64,000 nt of DNA. Origin: Thermoplasmata archaeon (GTDB lineage Archaea > Thermoplasmatota > Thermoplasmata > Lutacidiplasmatales > UBA184). The notes beneath the pieces were generated by a model. The model saw nothing but the letters and a program-made list of their open reading frames with translations, did not search any database and was not told the origin of the DNA. The stretch spans positions 5,986 through 69,985 of the forward strand of contig JAGWLG010000012.1 in assembly GCA_028864975.1 (NCBI GenBank), given 5' to 3'. The position numbers were made by a program, and so were the translations under genes. This document shows positions 16,769 through 28,700 of the stretch, one piece after another. Numbering within the stretch: position 1 is the first letter of the stretch; each line of letters opens with the position of its first letter.

Positions 16769-19306
16769 ATGAGTTCCATGCTCAACGCACGCGTTCGCTC
16801 GGGACTGCGGATCGGCCTGGTCTTCGCTCTGGCCCTGGTGATGGTCCTCCCGACCGGGGTCCTCCGTGGGGTCCACCTGCCAGGGGCCGGCCCGGTCAGC
16901 GGCACGGGAGCCTCCGTGAGCTCTCCCACGACGCGCTTCGACGCTTCGGCGTCGCCCTCCGACGCCTCCCAGATCGCTGCGCTCTCCTCTGGTCAACCGC
17001 TCGTCTTCGTCATTGGCATGGCCTATCCGGACCCTGGGGCCGTCGAGAGGTTCCTCGCCGATGTCGAGAACCCCTCGTCACCGAACTACCATCACTTCCT
17101 GACGTCGGAGCAGTTCATCCAGCGCTTCTCGCCCCCCTCCACGACCGTGGACGAGGTTCGGGGGTACTTCCTTTCCCGGGGGGCGACCTCGCTCACCGTC
17201 ACTCCCGATCGCCTCAGCATGAACTTCGTGCTGCCGGCGGGCAAGGTCGCGACCACTTTCGGGACCTCTCTGGCATGGTTCCGAGCACCTTCGGGGACGG
17301 AGTTCTACGCCCCCATGGCTCCCCCGCATCTTCCCGCTCCCATCGCTCGCGCGGTCTCGCAGGTCGACGGACTGACGAGCGGTGAGAACACAGGAGTTCA
17401 CACGTTCCTTCACTCCATGGGAAGCTTCTCCGTCGCTCCCAATGGGGGGAAGCTCTCATCCCCCGCCCTCTTCGATACCACGACGGACGGGTCCCAGGTC
17501 TTCTGGGGAACGGACTACCCCGCGGCGTACGGCGCGCAGGGGCTCATCAACAGCGGGATCACTGGAACCGGCTGGGCTGTGGACACGCTGCTTTGGTCGG
17601 GCTTCAACAACAGCGCCCAGAGCAACATGCCTCCCTACGACCCGGGGGCGATCTCCCAGTACCTCTCCGCAACGTTCCCGAGCGGGGCCATCCTACCGAC
17701 GATCACCCCTGAGGCGGTCGCGGTTGGCGGGGCCACCCCGCCGCCGCCTGGGACCTACTCCCTGAACGACGATTCCGGGGCTATCATGGAGAACTCGCTC
17801 GACCTCGAGATGGTGGCGAGCACGGCCCCGGGGGCCCACGTGTACAACTGGTACATCCCCGGGAGCGCCCTGACGGGCCAGTCCGAGGCCCCCTTCTATG
17901 GAAGGTTCGACTTGGGCCTGAGCGCCGCGCTCGACTTCAACTACACGGTGAACGGCTCACCGCACGGCCTCGCCGCCATCTCGAACTCCTACGGGCTCAC
18001 CGATGCGAACGACAGCCTCTGGGACCAGCTGGAGGCGAAGGCCGCCGGTCAGGGGGTGACCCTCCTGGTCTCTTCCGGGGACTCCGGGGATGCCCCCGAT
18101 CTCGCGACGGGCCGGTCGCAGGGGGAGTGGCCCACCTGGCCGGCCACCGCCACGTTCGACACCTATGGTGCGATCGCGGTCGGGGGAACGACCATCACCG
18201 TGGGCGGGGCGCCTTACCGTGCGGGCTACAACCCGGCCTCGGGCTACCTTCCGCCGATGGGCTACGATGCGAATCAGATCACCGGGCTCACGAGCCAGGT
18301 CGTGTGGTACCTGAACCAGACGGACCTCACGACGGGAGGGCGGGCCACCGCGGGTAGCGAGGGGGGCATCAGCTCGGTGTACAACGAGCCGCTCTGGCAG
18401 GCGCAGTCGGCCGCCCAGAGCGCCATCAAGTACGCCGCGCCGCGAGAGAGCGTCTCTTACGCGCGAGGCGTCCCGGACATCTCCTCCATCGCGAACGAGA
18501 CCGTGATCTACACCGACACGACCCCCTCGCTCTCTGGGACGTTCGTCGAAGGGACCTCCATCGCCTGCCCGGTCTTTGCGGGCTTTGTGGTCCTCCTCGA
18601 CCAGATGGACAGCACGAACGGGAAGGGGTTGGGCTTCCTCGACCCCCAGCTCTACGCCATCGGCGGCTACTTCGAGAGCCAGGCCCCGGGGAGCCTCGCG
18701 GACCCCTTCGGCGGACTGGACGACGTGACCTCCGGGCAGAACTGGGTGTTCAATGCCTCCGTGGGTTGGGATCCCACGACCGGCTGGGGGACGCCCAATG
18801 TCGCTCGGCTCGCTTCGGCCCTCCTGAATCCCACCTACACGGGTTTCGTCTACAACCCCAATGCCGTGCCGGGCCAGGCGGGGTCGAACTCGAACCCCGC
18901 GCCGGGTCCCGGGTACGGCGGGCTGCTCTTCCTTCTCGTGGTCATCGTGGCGGTCGTGGTGGTCATCGCGGTCGTGGCGGTCGTCGTCTCCCGGCGCCGA
19001 CACCACCCGGCCCCTGCCGCCGGGCCGCAGGTCGTGTATCATGCGGCCGCACCAGCACCTTACATGGCGGCCCCCCACCCCGCGTACGCCCCCTACCCCA
19101 CCGCGCCCTCGTACGCCGCCCCTGCCCCCTACGCCTATGGTCCGCCCACCTACGGTTACCCCATGCCCGCGCCCGTCCCTCCTCCCGCCCCGCCCCCGCC
19201 GATGCCGCCCCCACCGACGGCGGGTCCGGTCTTCTATTGCGGCTACTGCGGGAACCCGAGGCCCTACACCCGGTCGAATTGCCCCACCTGCGGCTCGCCC
19301 CTCTAG
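16769..19306 (+). CDS. S53 (sedolisin/pro-kumamolisin-like) serine peptidase, membrane anchored, with a Pro-rich tail and C-terminal zinc ribbon
   Basis: This is the 845-aa in-frame part of ORF 16601..19306, from the ATG at 16769 (MSSMLNARVRSGLRIGLVFALALVMVL, a signal peptide). The pro-domain is NYHHFLTSEQFIQRFSPPSTTVDEV. The catalytic-domain motifs are ENSLDLEMVASTAPGA, SSGDSGD and EGTSIACPVFAGF. The TM helix is LLFLLVVIVAVVVVIAVVAVVV. The tail ends YCGYCGNPRPYTRSNCPTCGSPL. Confidence 0.85.
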   Translation: MSSMLNARVRSGLRIGLVFALALVMVLPTGVLRGVHLPGAGPVSGTGASVSSPTTRFDASASPSDASQIAALSSGQPLVFVIGMAYPDPGAVERFLADVENPSSPNYHHFLTSEQFIQRFSPPSTTVDEVRGYFLSRGATSLTVTPDRLSMNFVLPAGKVATTFGTSLAWFRAPSGTEFYAPMAPPHLPAPIARAVSQVDGLTSGENTGVHTFLHSMGSFSVAPNGGKLSSPALFDTTTDGSQVFWGTDYPAAYGAQGLINSGITGTGWAVDTLLWSGFNNSAQSNMPPYDPGAISQYLSATFPSGAILPTITPEAVAVGGATPPPPGTYSLNDDSGAIMENSLDLEMVASTAPGAHVYNWYIPGSALTGQSEAPFYGRFDLGLSAALDFNYTVNGSPHGLAAISNSYGLTDANDSLWDQLEAKAAGQGVTLLVSSGDSGDAPDLATGRSQGEWPTWPATATFDTYGAIAVGGTTITVGGAPYRAGYNPASGYLPPMGYDANQITGLTSQVVWYLNQTDLTTGGRATAGSEGGISSVYNEPLWQAQSAAQSAIKYAAPRESVSYARGVPDISSIANETVIYTDTTPSLSGTFVEGTSIACPVFAGFVVLLDQMDSTNGKGLGFLDPQLYAIGGYFESQAPGSLADPFGGLDDVTSGQNWVFNASVGWDPTTGWGTPNVARLASALLNPTYTGFVYNPNAVPGQAGSNSNPAPGPGYGGLLFLLVVIVAVVVVIAVVAVVVSRRRHHPAPAAGPQVVYHAAAPAPYMAAPHPAYAPYPTAPSYAAPAPYAYGPPTYGYPMPAPVPPPAPPPPMPPPPTAGPVFYCGYCGNPRPYTRSNCPTCGSPL

Positions 19307-19750
19307 CGCTCCCGTGAAATCGGGTGCCGGTTCCAGTCTTGCCAATATCCGCGCACAGGGCGCAAGACGCCCGAGGAAGAGCCCACCTTTCCTGGTCCCA
19401 CCGTCGGGGAGAAGGCACGACGCAATTGCCCCCTTGGCTTGTGTAGCAGTTGAGGAGAACGCCCCCCCTACGACACGCATCATCGACGTATCGACGCGAA
19501 CACCCCCCTGGAACTCGTGGGAGCCCGGGCGCTACGCGTCCGGTACGTGGGGCTTTTTCGTGTCCCACGGGATGGTCCCGACTACCATCCTGGCGGCTGC
19601 TTCCCCGGGGGAGGGAGGGGAGGAGGAAGGAGTGCGGAGAATGGTCGGGAAGAAGGCCTGCCCTTCGGGGGGGCCGGGACCTGGTCGAGGGTCTCTGCTT
19701 CGGAAGGCGCCGAACCGACTCCCGGGAGGTCGATGGGCTCTCCACTAGAC

Positions 19751-19758
19751 TTGAATAG
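19751..19758 (+). promoter_or_regulatory. TATA-like box upstream of the giant surface-protein gene
   Basis: ttgaatag is centred about 25 bp upstream of the ATG at 19779, which is leaderless geometry. Confidence 0.4.
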
Positions 19759-19778
19759 ACGGACCGAAATGGGTTCGC

Positions 19779-22700
19779 ATGTCAAAGACCCCGACACGGC
19801 AGTCTGACCTAGCGAACCCCGTCGTCCACCTAGTCAAGGTTCGAGGAACGAGCTCGCTGTCGCGACGATCGGGTAGCATCGGGGATCGTGCCGGACTCAT
19901 CGGGATATTGCTTCTATTGGGGCTGCTGGTCGCACCGACTACGGCGTTCACGACCACGGGGGCCTTGCTGGCGAAGCTGCCCTCCGCGGAGGCGCCCCCT
20001 CCGGGGACGGTCCAGGGCGTGGCAAGCCTCTCGCTCTCGGCTCTTGGTAACTTCCCGGCCCCGCCCCTTGGCTCCGGGCCTTCGGCCCGGCTCCCCGGCG
20101 TGATTGACGGCCCCGGGGGCGATCTGGGCGCGCCCCTCGGCCTTCCGCCTTCCGCGTCGGTCTCTGCCGGGACTCCCCCAACCACGGCATCCCGGGCCCC
20201 CTCGTCGGGAGCCTCCACTCTGCCTCCGCCCCCCTCTTCCTCAGTCTCTTCCCCCTCCACCTTCTCCTCATCCTCCGCGGCGGGCGCCGCGGAGCTTGCG
20301 CAGGCGAGCGCCTCCCTCGGTCAAGGCGGAGGACCGGCGCAGGGCCATGCCATGTCGTGTGCGGCGTCGGCAGCGGGGTCCTTCGAGTGCGATGCGAAGG
20401 CTGACGCATCTCCGGATCTAGGATTGGGGACCCAGAGCACCACGTGGACCGAAATGGGTACGCCGGGAATGAGGGACGCTGCCTCCATGGTCTATGACCC
20501 GGCGGACGGCACGGTGGTCCTCTTCGGGGGGTACTTCAGCGGTCTCACCCAGGCGGACACCTGGGAGTACCACGGCGGCGTTTGGTATCCGGTGGACTCT
20601 CCAATCTCTCCGCCGGCCCGCTACGCGGCGGCGATGGTCTACGACATCCCCGCCGGCTACGTATTGCTCTTCGGGGGCCAAGGGGCTGGGACTTCAGGGT
20701 CCCTCCAGGACACATGGGAGTTTTCCGGAGGGACCTGGGTGCAACTCACCTCGACCTCATCGCCGGGGACACGGTATGGCGCCACGATGACGTACGACGC
20801 GGCGGACGGATACGTAGTGCTGTTCGGGGGGTTTGGGTGCTCCACGGGCTCGGGCTGCGTGGCGAGCCTCCTCCAAGACACGTGGCAGTTCTCGGGGGGG
20901 GCCTGGACCCAGCTCACTCCGACCACGTCGCCGGGAACCCGGTATGACGCCTCGATGACCTACGACACTGCGGACGGGTACGTGGTGCTGTTCGGGGGGC
21001 TTGGGTGCTCCACGGGCTCGGGCTGCGCGGCGAACGAGATCCAGGACACCTGGAAGTTCACGGGAACCACCTGGACCCAGCTCTCCATCCTCGCACTTCC
21101 GGGAGCCCGGAATGGCGCCTCGATGACCTACGACGGGGCGGACGGGTACGTGGTGCTGTTTGGCGGGTATGGGTGTTTCACGGGGTCAAGCTGCGGGTTG
21201 CATTGGCTCCAGGAAACGTGGAAGCTCATGGGGACCACCTGGACCCTGCTCACTCCCGCGGCCTCGCCGGGAATCCGGGAGGGGGCCACGATGACGTACG
21301 ACGTGACGGACGGGTACGTGGTGCTCTTCGGTGGCCACGGGCCCGGGTCCGCAGGGGGCCTCCAGGACACCTGGAAGTTCTCCGGAGGGACTTGGGCGCA
21401 ACTGGCTCCGACCACGTCGCCGGGAACCCGGACTGGCGCGACGATGACGTTCGACGTGAGGGACGGGTACGTGGTTCTCTTCGGAGGGTTTGGGTGCTCC
21501 ACGGGCTCGGGCTGCACGGTGGACTACCTCCAGGACACGTGGAAGTTCACGGGGACGACCTGGACTCAGCTCTCTCCTACCACGTCGCCCGGAACCCGGC
21601 TTGCGGCCTCGATGGTGTACGACTCGGCGGATAGGTATGTGGCGCTGTTCGGGGGGTATGGGTGCTCCACGGGCTCGGGCTGCGCGGTGGGCTACCTCCA
21701 GGACACGTGGAAGTTCACGGGGACGACTTGGACCCAGCTCACACCGACCACCTCGCCGGGGACCAGGGAATACGCCTCGATGACCTACGACGCGGCTGAC
21801 GGGTATGTGGTGCTGTTCGGCGGATATGGGTGCTACACGGGCTCGAGCTGCACGGTGGACTACCTCCAGGACACGTGGCAGTTCACGGGGACGACCTGGA
21901 GTCAGTTCGCCCCGACCACGTCGCCGGGAACCCGGTATGACGCCTCGATGACCTACGACACTGCGGACGGGTATGTGATGCTGTTCGGGGGGTTCGGGTG
22001 CTCCACGGCCTGCAACTGGCTCCAGGATACCTGGAGCTTTGGGATTCCGCTGACGGACGCTACGCCTTCGGCGTCGCCCAGCTCCCTGGACGTCGGCCAG
22101 GCCTTGCTCCTCACGTCGTCCGCCACCGGCGGGGGCCAGGGCGCCTCTCACGAGTTCGGTTGGTGGGGGCTACCCCCAGGATGCTCGACCGCAGTGCTGA
22201 CCGTGAGCGTTTCCTGCACGCCTTCCAAGGCCGGGACCTACTACGTGGGCACGGTCGTCTCGGAGTCGAACGGTATACCTCTGGCGACGGGACCGACCAC
22301 CACGGTTACGGTCTATCCGGACCCGAGCGCGACCGCGTCCGGGTCGGCCTCCTCGCGCGACGCAGGCCAGACCGTGACCCTGACCGGGCTGACCTCCGGA
22401 GGGCTCGGCCCGTTCTCAGGCATCGTCTGGAACGGCCTTCCCACGGCAAGCAGCTGCGCCGCCGCCGGGAGCCTCACCTGCGCCATCACGCTCTCGTCCT
22501 CAGGGGTGGGACAATGGACGATCACCGTCTCCGCCACGGATGCGAACGGCTTCACGGCCACCTCGATGGGCGTGGCCCTCACGGTCGACCCAGCGTTGTG
22601 CGCCAGCCCTTGCGGGATCTCGGGCGGGACCTCGCTCGATGTGGGGCAAACCGCGACCGTCCAGGCCTCCGTGAACGGAGGGACAGGGACCTACTCGTAC

Positions 22701-25700
22701 GCCTGGTCCGCCCTGTCCGGGGCGGGGTGCCCGACGACCTCGGCGTCGACGGTCGATTGCACGCCCACCGCGACGGGATCGTTCACCGTGGCGTTCGTGG
22801 CGACGGACACGAATGGGGCCACGACCGCCGCCTTAGGGGTCGTTCTGACCGTCTCGGCGGACCCCACCATCACCGCTCCAACCGCTTCGAGGGCGACCCT
22901 GGACGTGGGACAGGCCACGACGCTGACCACCACGGACGCGGGAGGGAGCGGGACCCTGGTGGTCTCGTGGTCCGGGTTGCCGACGGGGTGCCTCAGCTCG
23001 AACACGCTGTCGTTCAGCTGCTCCCCCACGGCGGTCGGGACGTTCACGGTCTACGCCAATGTCCAGGACACGCACCTGTACAACGCCACTTCGGGGCCGC
23101 TGACCGTCGTGGTGTCGCCCAGGCTCAATCCGGGGGGTTCCTTCGCGAGCCCGGCTTCGTTGGACCTTGGCCAGGCTACGACGTTCGTGACCAATGTCAA
23201 TGGCGGTACCGGTAGCTACTCCTACGGTTGGATGGCGCTCCCTCCAGGGTGCGCGGCCGCCGATACCGGCACGCTCGTCTGTACGCCAACCGCGACCGGG
23301 TCCTTCCTCGTCACAGTTTCCGTCGTGGACTCGAACAACAATCTTGTGTCCCCGGCTGCCATCGCGCTCACGGTGGGCCCCGACCCTGTGGCGGGGAGCC
23401 TCGTCGCCTCCTTGCGGGGCCTTCCTCAGCTCGGGTCGGCAAGCGCTCCGCTCACCCTGGGATCGACCCCCTCTTGGGTCCTCTACGACCCCGGGAACGG
23501 TATGGTCTACGTGGGGCAAGGGAACTGCTGCGGCGCGGGGAACACGGTCTGGGTGGTGAACCCCTCGACAGGAACGCTGGTGAAGACCATCACGACGGGC
23601 AACCTCCCCATCTCCTTGGCGTACGACAGCGCTCGGGGCGAGGTCTTCGTCGCCGAGTACGGGAACGCCCAGGTGCAGGTGATCGACGACTCGACCAACG
23701 CGCTCGTGGCCACCATCCCGATGCCGGACGAACCGCTCAGCCTCGGATACGACAGCTGGAACGGCGACGTCTACGTGGCGCTCTATGCGACGAACCGAGT
23801 GGCTGTCATCGATGGCGCCACCGATTCGATCGTCTCGCTCATCGGCGTGGGGTCGGGGCCCAACAGCGCGGCCTTCGACCCAGCGACCGGGGACGTCTGG
23901 GTCGGCGACCAGAACGGTGCCGCCGTGACCATCATCAACGGTGCCACCAACACCGTGGCGGGGACGGTGACCCTGGCGGCCGGTTCGGTCCCGGTGTTCC
24001 TGGTCTACGACCCGGCCAACGGCGACATGTACGTGCCCACCGGGACCACGCAGTCCATCGACGTGATCGATGCGACGTCGGACGCGATCGTCGACACCGT
24101 CGCCACGACGTTCAACCCCGAAGAGAGCGCGCTCGACACGGCGAACGGTTACCTCTACGTGGCGGACATCAGCGCGTCGGCGAACGAACTCCAGGCCCTG
24201 GACACGCGGACCAACACCCTCGTGGGGACCGTGGGGCTGGGGACGACGGCCTACGGGGTCGCCTACGACAGCTCCAACGGAAGATTGTACGGGAGCGGCT
24301 TCGGGAACGGGGACCTCTTCACGGTCCGCACGCTCTCCTCCGTCTCCCTCCCGAGCTCCATGAGCGCCGACGTCGGGCAGTCGGTCCTCCTCTCGGCCTC
24401 CTTGACGGGCCAGGGGAGCGGTGGGGACCGGGTGTCCCTCTCCGTCTCCCCCGCCGCGGGGTTTACCTGCATCGCCGACCCCTACGGGTACGCGAACCTT
24501 AGTGCCGGATGTCTCGCCGAGACCCCTGGCTCGTATCAGCTATACTTCCAGCTGACGGACTCGAACGGATTCACCGTCTCGACAGGGACCCTGACGCTCG
24601 TGGTCGATCCCGCGCTGGGAGGAGCCAGCGTCTCCGTCTCCCGTCTCGCCCTCGACGTGGGACAGACGACGGCCCTTTCGGCCTCCGTGAGCGGGGGCGC
24701 GGGCAGCTACGCGTACGCTTGGTCGACCCTGCCGACCGGATGCTCGGTGGGCGACGTCGGCGCCTTCAGCTGCGTGCCCTCGGGCGCGGGGTCGTTCGCG
24801 GTGGCCCTCATCGTTACGGATGGGAACGGGGCTTCGACCTCCGCTGGGACGACCTTGTCGGTCTCCCTCGACCCCACGATCTCGCCACCCACCGGGACCC
24901 TGACCCGTCTGGATGTGGGGTCCTCGACGGTCCTGGCTGCGACCGCTACGCCCGGTAGCGGTGGGGACGTTTACGCCTGGAGCGGGCTTCCGACCCCGTG
25001 CCTCTCTTCCAACGCGCTCTCCATCGTCTGCGCTCCCAGCGCGTCGGGCGAGGGGACGTTCGACGTGACGGTCAGCGTCGTCGATTCGAACGGCTGGAAC
25101 GTCACCTCCGGCCCCCTGACCATCGAGGTCGACCCCCCACTGGGGATCTCCTCGTTCACAGAATCCCGCCCCGCCCTTGACGTGGGGCAGACCGTGGTCT
25201 TCGCCGTGAGCCCGACCGGCGGCTCCGGGGTCTACACCTACACGTGGGGAGCCATCCCCGCTGGATGCGCGCGGGTCGACGCGGCCACGCTCACTTGTGT
25301 TCCCACCGGGAGCGGTAGCACCACGGTGTCGGTCTCCGTGGGCGACACGAACGGAGCCTCGCTCCCGTCGGCTGGGCTCGCGGTCGTGGTCAGCGCGGAC
25401 CCCGCGGTCTCCTCGCCGGGGGCGAGCACGAGCTCGCTCGACATGGGCCAGTCCACGAGCCTCTCGACCGTGGTCTCGCCGGGGAGCGGCACGGATGTCC
25501 TCTCCTGGGCGGGCCTCCCTGCGGGCTGCCTGAGCTCGAACGCGAACCCGGTCTCGTGCGCGCCTTCGGCCTCCGGGACCTTCACCGTCACAGTCGCTGT
25601 CCGGGACTCGAACGGGATGAACGTGAGCTCGGGCCCCTTGACGCTCGTCGTCTCCCCCGCGCTCTCCGCGGTTGCCTTGACCGCCTCTCCGGGCGCGCTC

Positions 25701-28700
25701 GACGTGGGGCAGAGCTTGACGTTCTCGGCCTCGGTCTCCGGTGGCTCCGGGGTCTACGTCTGGTCCTGGGCGACCCTCCCGACGGGGTGCGCGGGCGCGA
25801 ACGCTGCCACGCTCACCTGCTCGCCAACGGCCGCGGGCTCTTACAGCGCCCAGGCGACGGCGACGGACTCCAATGGGGCGTCCTCGAGCCACAGCGCGGC
25901 CATCGTGGTGTCCGCGGCGGTCACGGTGGGCTCCATCTCCGCGACACGCTGGGACCTGGATGTGAGCCAGAGCTCGACGCTCACGGCCACGGTCGCGGGC
26001 GGAAGCCCCTCCTTCGCCTACGCCTGGGCGGGCCTCCCTGCCGGGTGCCTGAGCTCGAACGCGCTCTCGCTGTCCTGCTCCCCCACCGCGAGCGGGACGT
26101 TCGCCCTCACGTTCTCGGCTCGGGACTCGAACGGGATGAACGTGAGCTCGACCACGATGGCCATGGTGGTGTCCCCAGCGCTGGGGACCCCCTCGATAAC
26201 GGCCTCCACCCCGAACCTGGACGTGGGACAGACCGTTTCGTTCCTCGCCGCCGAGTCGGGAGGGACCGGCAGCTACAGCTACTCGTGGACCTATAATGGG
26301 ATCCGGGCGGACCTGGTTGGTTGCACGGGGCAGGCCACCGCGAGCCTCACCTGCACGCCCACGAGCTCGGGCGTTCCCAATATCGTGGTCACCGTCTCGG
26401 ACAGCAACGCGGCCCCCCCCCAGACCCGGTCGACGACCGTGACGGTCTCGGCGGACCCGACGGTCCAGCCGATCACGGGGAGCCGGACGACGCTCGACCT
26501 CGGACAGTCGACCTTGCTCTCGACCACCTCCGCCCAGGGTAGTGGTGGCCCGACCTACGCCTGGGCCGGCCTCCCCGCTGGGTGCCTGAGCTCGAACGCT
26601 CTCTCGATCACCTGCGCTCCCGCGGGGGCCGGCACGTTTAGCGTGACGGTCTCCGTGCGCGACTCCAATGGGGTGAACGTGAGCTCGATCCCCCTGACGT
26701 TGATCGTCTCTCCGGCGATGGGAAGCGCAGCCCTCGCGGCCGCGCCATCTGCCCTCGACGTAGGCGAGACGACCACGCTGTCTTCCTCGGCCTCGGGCGG
26801 GACAGGGGTCTACGTTTACGCCTACTCGGGCCTGCCCACGGGATGCTCCTCGGCGAACAGCGCGACGCTCGCCTGCTCCCCCTCGGCCGCGGGGACCTTC
26901 CCCTCGGTCGCGCTCACGGTCACCGACGGGAACGGTGCGACGGCCACGGCCATGATTCCGATCGCCGTCTCGGCGGCTCCCGTTGCGGGGACGCCCGCGG
27001 CCTCCAAGCCCTCCCTGGACGTGGGTCAGACCACCTCGATCAGCGCCCTGGCCTCCGGAGGGAGCGGCGGCGACGTCTACTCCTGGAGCGGTCTCCCCAC
27101 CGGGTGCCTGAGCCAGAACCTGCTCTCCTTGACCTGCACCCCCACGGTCGCGGGCACCTTCAGCGTGCGCCTCTCGGTGCTGGACTCGAACCGGATGAAC
27201 GTCACCTCGGGAACGCTCACCCTAGCGATCTCCCCCGCTCTCGCGGGCGCCTTGCTCACCGCGAGCCGTAGCCTCCTCGACGTAGGCCAGACGACCCTCT
27301 TCGCGGCTTCGGCTTCGGGCGGTGCGGGAGGCGACACGTTCGCCTGGTCAGGGCTGCCCAGCGGTTGCTCGGGGGGCAGCTCGTCCTCTGTAACCTGTGT
27401 CCCGGCTGCCAGCGGACCTTTCACCGTGAGCATCGTGGCGACGGACGCGAACGGGGCTACCGCCTCCGCGAACGTGGCCCTCACGGTCTCCAGCGACCCG
27501 TCGGTGAGCGTCCCCTCGTCCTCGAGGAGCTCGCTCGACGTGGGACAGAGCACGAGCCTCTCCTCCGTCGCCACGCCAGGGAGCGGCACGCCGGTGTACG
27601 CCTGGTCGGGGCTGCCCACGGGCTGCCTCAGCGCGAACGCGCTCACGCTCAGCTGCGCCCCGACGGGGGCCGGGACCTTCGTGGTACGGGTCACGGTCCA
27701 GGACTCGAACGGGATGAACGTCAGTTCGGGGACGCTGACCCTCCTGGTCTCCACGGCGCTAGGGACCCCCTCGCTCTCGGCCTCCACCGCGACGTTGGAC
27801 GTGGGGCAGAGCGTCACCTTCACGGCGACCGAGGCGGGCGGCAGTGGGACCTACACCTTCACGTGGACGTGGGCCGGGAACCCGGCCTCGTCCGAAGGGT
27901 GCACGGGGGGGAACGCGGCCACCATCGTCTGCACCCCCACCTTCTCCCAGTCCCCGAGCGTCGTGGTCTCGGTCTCCGACAGCAACGGCATGGGCGGGCT
28001 CGTGGCCTCCACGTCGGTCGTCGTGTCGGCGGACCCCACGGTGACCTCCCCAGGCGCAACCCGCTTGGCCCTCGACATCGGCCAGTCGACGGTCCTCTCC
28101 GCGACCGCCACCACGGGGAGCGGTGGACCCACCTACGCCTGGTCGGGTCTGCCGACGGGCTGCCTGAGCGCGAACGCCCTCACGGTCACCTGCTCCCCGA
28201 CGGCCGTCGGCACCTACAGCGTGTCGATCTCGGTCCGGGACTCGAACGGGATGAACGTGAGCTCGACTACGTTGACCTTGGTGGTCTCCCCCGCACTGGG
28301 AGCCGTCGGGCTCTCCGCCTCGTCCTACAACTTGGACGTGGGGCAGTCCACGACGTTCTCGGTCTCGGTGAGCGGCGGCACGGGCAGCTACACCTACACG
28401 TGGGGATCCCTTCCCTCCGGGTGCGTGGGGTCGTCCACGCCTACGCTCCTCTGCGCTCCGTCGGGCGCCGGCAGTACCACCGTGGTCGTGTCCGTCGCGG
28501 ACACGAACGGGGTGCTCTCTGGCTCGGGGCCCGTGACGGTGATAGTCCAGGCGCCCCCCAGTGTGACCTCGCTCGGTGCGACCCGACTCGACCTTGACGT
28601 AGGCCAGTCGACGACCCTCACCGCCGCGGCCACCGCGGGCAGTGGCGGCCCCGTGTACGCGTGGTCGGGACTTCCGACCGGGTGTCTCAGTTCCAATGCG

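Noticed and set aside
18861-19758. ORFs spanning the S53 3' end and the 470-bp spacer (18861..19748 +, 18963..19745 -, 19450..19758 +, 19745..20260 -).
   Set aside because: Their translations are Arg/Pro/Gly-rich with no motifs. They overlap the well-supported S53 and giant genes, and I saw no convincing codon-position bias. The spacer is treated as non-coding, containing the promoter of the giant gene.
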